Part shown: piece by piece, positions 26,455 through 32,000 of the stretch
How the letters are laid out: every line of letters starts with the position of its first letter
How positions within the stretch are numbered: position 1 is the first letter of the stretch
Source of the DNA: Nostoc punctiforme PCC 73102
Lineage (GTDB): Bacteria > Cyanobacteriota > Cyanobacteriia > Cyanobacteriales > Nostocaceae
Direction: 5' to 3'
NCBI RefSeq assembly: GCF_000020025.1
Contig: NC_010628.1
Coordinates: 6,630,001-6,662,000 of the forward strand
DNA length: 32,000 bases
The notes under the pieces: model-generated
What the model was told of the DNA's origin: nothing
Databases searched by the model: none
What the model saw: the letters and a program-made list of their open reading frames with translations, nothing else
Translations under genes and position numbers: made by a program

Positions 26455-27013
26455 AATATTTCTAATACACGTAATTTTAGTAATCTATAAAATCTATTTA
26501 TATTAATCTTAAATACCAATCTACAGCCATAACCTCTATCTTTAGCTGTATATACAAGTTGTATTTATTTCTATCCATTTAAAAGAAGTTCTTATGAGTA
26601 TGGCTAAAAATTCAATCCCTGATTAGATGTAATACTAAATTCTACGCATATCTAAATTCCTTGTAAGTCTTGCTCTTAAAGCATTTAATCTTGTATTCTC
26701 GGATTTATGTATAAATTAAAAGGAACAAATTTGCTAAAATCTTTCTGCTAGCTGAGTACAAAACATTAAACTATCTCACTTTTCCCAGTGGTATATAGAT
26801 AAAAAGTTTATTTTTCCTGACATAAGAAACTGATCTAAGTAGTGCGGTATGAAAAAATCAACCTATTTAAATATAAATAAATAGGATTTCTCTACCTATT
26901 GAGGTAACAGAGATATAGGTGCTTGTATATCAAAAGAGTATTTCTAACTAGTCAGAAAGACAAAATTATGTAAAAGCCCAGAACTGTGGATCTGAATGTG
27001 GAAAAGGTCATTT

Positions 27014-27039
27014 TCAGGGTTTCCCAAACCCTGATTTTT
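27014..27039 (+). terminator. Terminator-like hairpin plus T5 in a noncoding region
   Basis: Perfect 9-bp stem TCAGGGTTT / AAACCCTGA with loop CCC (27014-27034), followed by TTTTT (27035-27039). Confidence 0.45.
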
Positions 27040-27093
27040 CCATAGGCTGATTATCAATAGCTCTAAGTTAATGATAATCAGCCTATGGAAAAA
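27035..27093. repeat. Perfect 22-bp inverted repeat with 15-nt spacer
   Basis: TTTTTCCATAGGCTGATTATCA (27035-27056) is the exact reverse complement of TGATAATCAGCCTATGGAAAAA (27072-27093). Confidence 0.8.
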
Positions 27094-27455
27094 GCCAGGC
27101 TTTTTCGGGACTTGAGGACTTAGCGTGAAAAGTCAGAGCGGCAGAATCCCGGTGATATAAAGCTCTCGCTGTTATGAAAAGCCAGGGGATTTAAATGTAA
27201 CTAGTAGTTAATATTTGATATTGATTTGGGCAAAATGATCTCAGGCTCTTTCTATGACAGTAGATTTGGCCAAATTCTCTAATGATAACTTCTTCACCAG
27301 TAAATTCATAGATATGAGCAACTGTACCAAAACAAAATCTCTGCATGGCTATCGCATTTTCAAGTTACTTTACTCTGGTAATAGACAAATCAATTCACTG
27401 TATTGAGATATGGATAGCTTTCTCAATGTTTAAAACTAAAAAATAGTGAATCAGT

Positions 27456-28901
27456 ATGTCTATTGAAGAGTTAAATCAAGAGTTAACCAGATTACGTCAA
27501 TGCCTTCAGCAACTAACAACAGATAATGCTGAACTACGCCATGCAGTTCTAGAATATACTACTCAATTAAAGCAACACAAGAGCGAACAGCAAGCTGCAC
27601 TGCATGAGCGCCAACGGATAGAAGAACAACTGCAAACTACTCAACAGTTTCTGTATTCTGTGATTCAAACCATGCCTGTAGCAGTTTTTGTCAAAGATGC
27701 GGCTGATCTGCGAATTGTCTTATGTAATCAAGCCGCAGAAAAGTTAGCTGGTGTCAGTGCTGATGAAATTCTAGGAAAGAACGACTACGACCTATTTCCC
27801 AAAGAAGAGGCCGATTTTTTTACCCAACGAGATCACGAAGCACTTAATAGCAAAACATTATTAGAGATTCCTGAAGAAATAATTCGGAAAAAAAGCGGCG
27901 AAACCCGTATTTTACAGATTAAAAAAGCTCCAATTCTTGATTCTCAAGGTCAGCCTAAATATTTACTAGTGGTTCGAGACGACATTACAGAAGATAAACA
28001 AGCAGAAGCTCAACTCAAACAGCAAGCAATAGAACTAGAGCAAACTCTCAAAGAATTACAAAGTACTCAAGCTCAACTTATCCAAAGTGAGAAAATGTCG
28101 TCTTTGGGTCAATTAGTTGCTGGAGTTGCCCATGAAATCAATAATCCAGTAAATTTTATCTATGGCAATTTAACTTACGCTAACCAATATATCCAACAAC
28201 TACTGAATCTACTTCATCTTTACCGCATAAACTATCCCAATCCTGCTCTTGAAATTCAAACGACAATTCAAGAGATGGAATTCGATTTTTTAGTCGAAGA
28301 TTTGCTGAAATTACTCTCTTCAATGGAAGTCGGTGCTGAACGCATACAGCAAATTGTGGTTTCTCTTCGTACCTTTTCGCGGCTAGATGAAGCTGAGTTA
28401 AAAGCAGTGGATATTCATCAGGGTATTGACAGTACACTGAGTATTTTGGAGCATCGTTTGAAAACTAGAGCCAATCATGTCCAAATTCAGGTTGTTAAAG
28501 ATTATGACAATTTACCTTTAGTTGAGTGCTATGCTGGCCAGCTAAATCAAGTATTTATGAATATTTTGTCCAATGCAATTGATGCTTTAGAAGAGCCATT
28601 AATTCAAGGTAAACTCTCGCATAACCAGCCACAAATTCGCATTTGTACTCAACAACTGAATCCTCAAAAAATAGTTATTCGGATCATCGATAATGGCCCT
28701 GGTATTCCTGAACAAGTTAGACAAAAGTTATTTGATCCTTTTTTTACTACCAAAGATGTGGGGAAAGGTACTGGTTTAGGTTTATCAATTAGCTATCAGA
28801 TTATTACCGAGCGGCATGGTGGTTCGTTAGAGTGTGTTTCTTCTCTTGAAGGGGGAGCAGAACTTATTATTACAATTCCAGTTGCACAACCCAAACAGTA
28901 A
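27456..28901 (+). CDS. PAS-domain sensor histidine kinase (coiled coil, PAS, H-box, HATPase_c)
   Basis: 481-aa ORF. The PAS-like region runs from FLYSVIQTMPVAVFVKD to LLVVRDDITEDKQAE. The H-box is AHEINNPVNFIYGNL, the N-box ILSNAIDA, the G1 DNGPGI and the G2 GKGTGLGLSIS. It is a paralogue of the kinase core at 2911. Confidence 0.9.
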   Translation: MSIEELNQELTRLRQCLQQLTTDNAELRHAVLEYTTQLKQHKSEQQAALHERQRIEEQLQTTQQFLYSVIQTMPVAVFVKDAADLRIVLCNQAAEKLAGVSADEILGKNDYDLFPKEEADFFTQRDHEALNSKTLLEIPEEIIRKKSGETRILQIKKAPILDSQGQPKYLLVVRDDITEDKQAEAQLKQQAIELEQTLKELQSTQAQLIQSEKMSSLGQLVAGVAHEINNPVNFIYGNLTYANQYIQQLLNLLHLYRINYPNPALEIQTTIQEMEFDFLVEDLLKLLSSMEVGAERIQQIVVSLRTFSRLDEAELKAVDIHQGIDSTLSILEHRLKTRANHVQIQVVKDYDNLPLVECYAGQLNQVFMNILSNAIDALEEPLIQGKLSHNQPQIRICTQQLNPQKIVIRIIDNGPGIPEQVRQKLFDPFFTTKDVGKGTGLGLSISYQIITERHGGSLECVSSLEGGAELIITIPVAQPKQ

Positions 28902-28972
28902 TTTGGATTCAAAATGTGTGATTGCAGATATCTGGAACATAGCGAGGATTTGGGGGATTGGTCAACTAAAAT

Positions 28973-29028
28973 TCGCAATTTGCAATGACGCTCTTTCGTC
29001 GCTAACGCTGCGAAGATCGCAATTTGCA
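28973..29028. repeat. 12-bp perfect direct repeat TCGCAATTTGCA x2 flanking a short GC-rich spacer
   Basis: Copies lie at 28973-28984 and 29017-29028. The spacer contains the small hairpin GACG..CGTC. Confidence 0.5.
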
Positions 29029-29204
29029 GTTAAAAAAATATAAAGTTTATAAATCGAATCAGGAATAAGAATTTATTCTGTGTTATTTAGAACCAAGTTT
29101 CGCCTGAAAGCCTTTAATGCTCAGTATCTGAAAAATAAAATAATTTATCTATTTGATGCCAAGCTATCTGGGGGAATATAACGAAACTCCAGTGAGGTTA
29201 AGCA

Positions 29205-31064
29205 ATGGTTAATCAGACATACACAGTTGATGTCTTAGTTGTCGGTGGAGGAACCGGAGGCACTGCGGCTGCTATCCAAGCGGCGCGACGGGGAGCTAAA
29301 ACGATATTGGTGAGTGAATTTCCTTGGTTGGGGGGAATGCTAACTTCGGCTGGGGTGCCTGCACCCGATGGCAACGAATTAGAAGCCTTTCAAACGGGTT
29401 TATGGGGTGCGTTTTTGCAGGAATTGCGGCAACGGCAGCCCGGAGGATTAGATAACAGCTGGGTAAGCTTTTTTAGTTACGATCCTCAAATTGGGGCAGA
29501 GATTTTTGCAGATTGGGTGCAGGAATTACCAAATCTGCACTGGATTTCTGGACAAGTACCAATAGAGGTATTTCGCCAAGGCGATTCTATTACTGGTGTG
29601 CGCTTTGCTGATTTTGCTGTCATAGCCAAAATTATTCTCGACGGTACAGAATTAGGAGATTTATTAGCTTTAGCTGAGATACCTTACCGTTGGGGCTGGG
29701 AATTGCAATCTGAATGGGGAGAACCAAGTGCCCCAGTGGTTTTTAACTCTTTCACCCAGAAATATCCTGTGCAAGCGCCCACTTATGTAGTGATTATGCA
29801 AGACTTTGGTGATGCTATGTCTACGACATTCACTGAGCGATCGCGTAGCGTTTCGCAGAGAAGTCGAAGTGCGGGCGTAGCTGCGGCACCAGAAATTCCG
29901 GCTGCCCCTAACTATAATCTATCCCAGTTTACAGATGCTTGGGATGGCTATGGAGCAGAGACATTTTTGAATTATGGACGTTTGCCTGGTAATCGATTCA
30001 TGATTAATTGGCCAATCTGTGGCAATGACTACGGCCAAGGATTAGGGCGGCTGATAGAGTCAGATGTGTCCAGAGGTGAATTCATCCAAGAATCTCGCTG
30101 GCATAGCCAAAATTTTGCCCATTTTATTCAAAATCAGCTTGGTCGTCGCTATGGTTTAGCAGAAAAAGTATTTCCTCACGCCCCTACAGCTTTTGCACTG
30201 CATCCCTATTATCGGGAAAGCCGCCGCTTATTAGGACTAACTACTGTCCGAGAACAGGATATTTTGCCGATTGCTGGGGGAAGAGTTGCATCTATATTTA
30301 ATGATGCGTTCGTCCCTGGCGTTTGCGAAGCAATCGCAGTTGGTAACTACGCCAATGACCATCATTATCCTGGTGTTCAATTTTCACTACAACCAAAATC
30401 TATCCGTTGGGGCGGGCGTTGGACTGGAACACCCTTTACAATTCCCTACAGTTCCCTAATTCCAGCCACAACAGATGGTTTTTTAGTTTGTGAAAAGAAC
30501 ATTTCTGTCTCTCACATTGCCAATGGCGCTACCAGATTACAACCTGTGGTTATGGGCATCGGTCAAGCAGCAGGTATGGCGGCGGCGATGTGTGTTGAGT
30601 TAAACTGTCAGCCGAGGCATTTACCTGTTAGATCGCTGCAAACAGCTTTATTAGAGGATAATCGTTCAAAAACAGCAATTATTCCTTTCTTTAATCTTCC
30701 ACCCAATCGTTCGGATTGGCTGCACTGGCAACTGTATTACTTAAATAACCCACAAGCCTATCCAGATAGTGGTTATTGCCCTTGCCCATCGGAGAATGAG
30801 TACCGTGACTCTGCTTTTGATAAGGCATTAATTCGGGAAAGTAACTGTTTTCAAGGCATTTTCTCCCGCTTGGAACAGCAGGAATACAGATTTGCTGTCA
30901 CAGCGCCAACCGCATATCAAGGGCAAAATTGGCAGCTTGTGACTTTGCGATCGCATATCGACGAGCAATTACGCACTTACCCCCACGAACAATTAGTTAC
31001 ATTGTGGGGTCGTCAGAACCACTTTGGTAATTGGTTATTAGTCGAACATTTAAACGGAGGATAA
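29205..31064 (+). CDS. FAD-dependent oxidoreductase (FAD_oxidored family)
   Basis: 619-aa ORF. The N-terminal dinucleotide-binding motif is DVLVVGGGTGGTAAAIQAARRGAKTILVSE. SD-like GTGAGG lies upstream. The ORF contains an in-frame dispersed-repeat copy. Confidence 0.85.
   Translation: MVNQTYTVDVLVVGGGTGGTAAAIQAARRGAKTILVSEFPWLGGMLTSAGVPAPDGNELEAFQTGLWGAFLQELRQRQPGGLDNSWVSFFSYDPQIGAEIFADWVQELPNLHWISGQVPIEVFRQGDSITGVRFADFAVIAKIILDGTELGDLLALAEIPYRWGWELQSEWGEPSAPVVFNSFTQKYPVQAPTYVVIMQDFGDAMSTTFTERSRSVSQRSRSAGVAAAPEIPAAPNYNLSQFTDAWDGYGAETFLNYGRLPGNRFMINWPICGNDYGQGLGRLIESDVSRGEFIQESRWHSQNFAHFIQNQLGRRYGLAEKVFPHAPTAFALHPYYRESRRLLGLTTVREQDILPIAGGRVASIFNDAFVPGVCEAIAVGNYANDHHYPGVQFSLQPKSIRWGGRWTGTPFTIPYSSLIPATTDGFLVCEKNISVSHIANGATRLQPVVMGIGQAAGMAAAMCVELNCQPRHLPVRSLQTALLEDNRSKTAIIPFFNLPPNRSDWLHWQLYYLNNPQAYPDSGYCPCPSENEYRDSAFDKALIRESNCFQGIFSRLEQQEYRFAVTAPTAYQGQNWQLVTLRSHIDEQLRTYPHEQLVTLWGRQNHFGNWLLVEHLNGG
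29820..29893. repeat. Modular small dispersed repeat, in-frame copy inside the FAD oxidoreductase CDS
   Basis: It has a 28-nt exact match and an 18-nt 15/18 match to the ends of the intergenic copy at 20763-20861, in opposite orientation. The translation is STTFTERSRSVSQRSRSAGVAAAPE. Confidence 0.7.
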
Positions 31065-31093
31065 GAAGAGTTTATTTTCAGTAAAACAGAATA

Positions 31094-31128
31094 CTTTTTG
31101 ATTAATTATCCGGATATTAATCAAAAAG
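31094..31128. promoter_or_regulatory. 35-bp near-perfect palindrome centred on TCCGGA (DIF1-like hexamer), 44-78 nt upstream of the patX-like start codon
   Basis: The sequence is CTTTTTGATTAATTA-TCCGGA-TATTAATCAAAAAG. The arms match apart from a one-base indel, and TCCGGA lies at 31109-31114. Confidence 0.4.
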
Positions 31129-31171
31129 CTAAGTATCAGTGAAGTGGAGAGTTCCAAAATAGACATTTGCT

Positions 31172-31399
31172 ATGCGTGCTGCCATTTCACTTTTAGTATC
31201 GAGTCTGGTGTTCGGCCCCTTAGCTTCTAACTGCCAAGCAATGGTCAATCACTTATCAACTGGGCTACTTTCCACGCCTACTTCGGAACAGTGGCTCTCG
31301 GCAGCATCTGAACAAAATCCAGATGATGCGCCACGTCATCGCGGTAGTGGGCGTAGGGAAGTGACACAAAAATTCGGAAATACCTATGTTGTGGTTTAA
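31172..31399 (+). CDS. patX: PatX-like small secreted peptide carrying the HetR-inhibitor motif HRGSGR
   Basis: 75-aa ORF. It has a hydrophobic N-terminus (MRAAISLLVSSLVFGPLASNCQA), a Ser/Thr/Pro-rich middle, and RGSGR encoded at 31340-31354 with His before it. About 600 bp of ORF-free DNA follows to the window end. Confidence 0.6.
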   Translation: MRAAISLLVSSLVFGPLASNCQAMVNHLSTGLLSTPTSEQWLSAASEQNPDDAPRHRGSGRREVTQKFGNTYVVV

Positions 31400-32000
31400 C
31401 TACTGTAGGATAATGCCTGTTTTTCAAAAAGAACCAAAGTTCCAGAAAACACGATGTTATGCCAACATATTTGACACAGCTTTTCTGACAGAGATATATA
31501 CAGTTGACACGCGAAAATCTTCAGCGATCGCTTAGTATTTCAACTGCAAGCTTTGTATATCATTCGTTGGTCTTTTAATCTGGCGATCAAAACGCAAATA
31601 AAATTAAGTGTCTTGATCAACAGCATTAACAACTCCCAAAAGCTACATAACTGTTGCTTATATTCGGTCGGAAGCTCTGCATCTCAATCCTTAACGGCTC
31701 TAGAAATAGATGTTATTTAGACTATCAGTTAATCTAAAGCACGTCTAATTCAAACATTTTGCTTGCTAAGGAAATAGTCTTAAGGCAACTTCATTCACTT
31801 TATTCCCCAATATCTTTTCTTCTCATACATTGAGTAGCTGGCTTCTATATGAGCAACTAATGGGTCTTCACTTCGACGCGTGTTTAGCGTCCTTTACCTA
31901 AGCATAAAATCCCTTTCGTTCCATTTGAGCCTATCTAGGACATGGATTCGCACAAGTAGTATAGATTGATTGCACTTGGCAACAAATATTACTATTTATG

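Noticed and set aside
27191-27406. Two overlapping small ORFs: 51 aa on the minus strand (27191..27346, MQRFCFGTVAHIYEFTGEEVIIREF...) and about 50 aa on the plus strand (from 27254)
   Set aside because: They occupy the same DNA on opposite strands, neither has a recognisable family or RBS, and both are below the ORF-track cutoff. I cannot decide from sequence alone. This is worth revisiting only if transcript or ribosome data exist.
28834-29043. 69-aa ORF overlapping the end of the PAS kinase and the TCGCAATTTGCA direct repeats
   Set aside because: It overlaps a strong CDS out of frame and then reads through intergenic repeat sequence, with no motif.
31998-32000. An ATG at the very last three bases as a possible hetR start
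   Set aside because: It cannot be evaluated because no downstream sequence is available. Its position is a coincidence of the window edge.

Overview
This 32-kb chromosomal window comes from a filamentous, heterocyst-type cyanobacterium (Nostoc/Anabaena-like). Supporting signs are about 31 HIP1 octamers (GCGATCGC) by manual scan, a pentapeptide-repeat protein, bciB, ldpA, and a PatX-like HRGSGR peptide gene at the 3' end. hetR is predicted just beyond the window.

Gene content, 5' to 3':
- A two-component/c-di-GMP signalling cluster: the REC tail of a hybrid kinase, a REC-GGDEF-EAL protein, a REC-histidine kinase, and a decayed REC-PAS kinase remnant.
- ldpA plus a Ycf45-like AAA/R3H ATPase.
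- A homodimer-type ABC exporter and a small membrane ORF.
- bciB and a secreted pentapeptide/TPR protein.
- hicAB and an orphan AT-rich EgtD-like methyltransferase.
- A heterodimeric ABC exporter pair with one degenerate ATP site.
- DUF2805, DHFR-family and thioredoxin genes.
- An AT-rich stretch of small hypothetical genes.
- A double-NBD ABC ATPase and an unknown 313-aa protein.
- A 1-kb structured noncoding region.
- A PAS histidine kinase, an FAD oxidoreductase, and the patX-like ORF.

I saw no rRNA, tRNA, CRISPR array or intact transposase.

The main structure not explained by genes:
1. Three copies of a 123-153 bp MITE-like element. One abuts a truncated kinase remnant. Two inverted copies bracket a small secreted-protein gene.
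2. A modular small dispersed repeat found both intergenically and in frame inside the FAD oxidoreductase. Similar in-frame extra segments occur in LdpA, a histidine kinase and a receiver domain.
3. A cluster of hairpins and GAAAAG-YCAG motifs at 26.96-27.19 kb.
4. A 35-bp palindrome centred on TCCGGA just upstream of the patX-like ORF.

I did not find a convincing multi-gene novel system such as a defence island. The best leads are listed as findings with honest scores.
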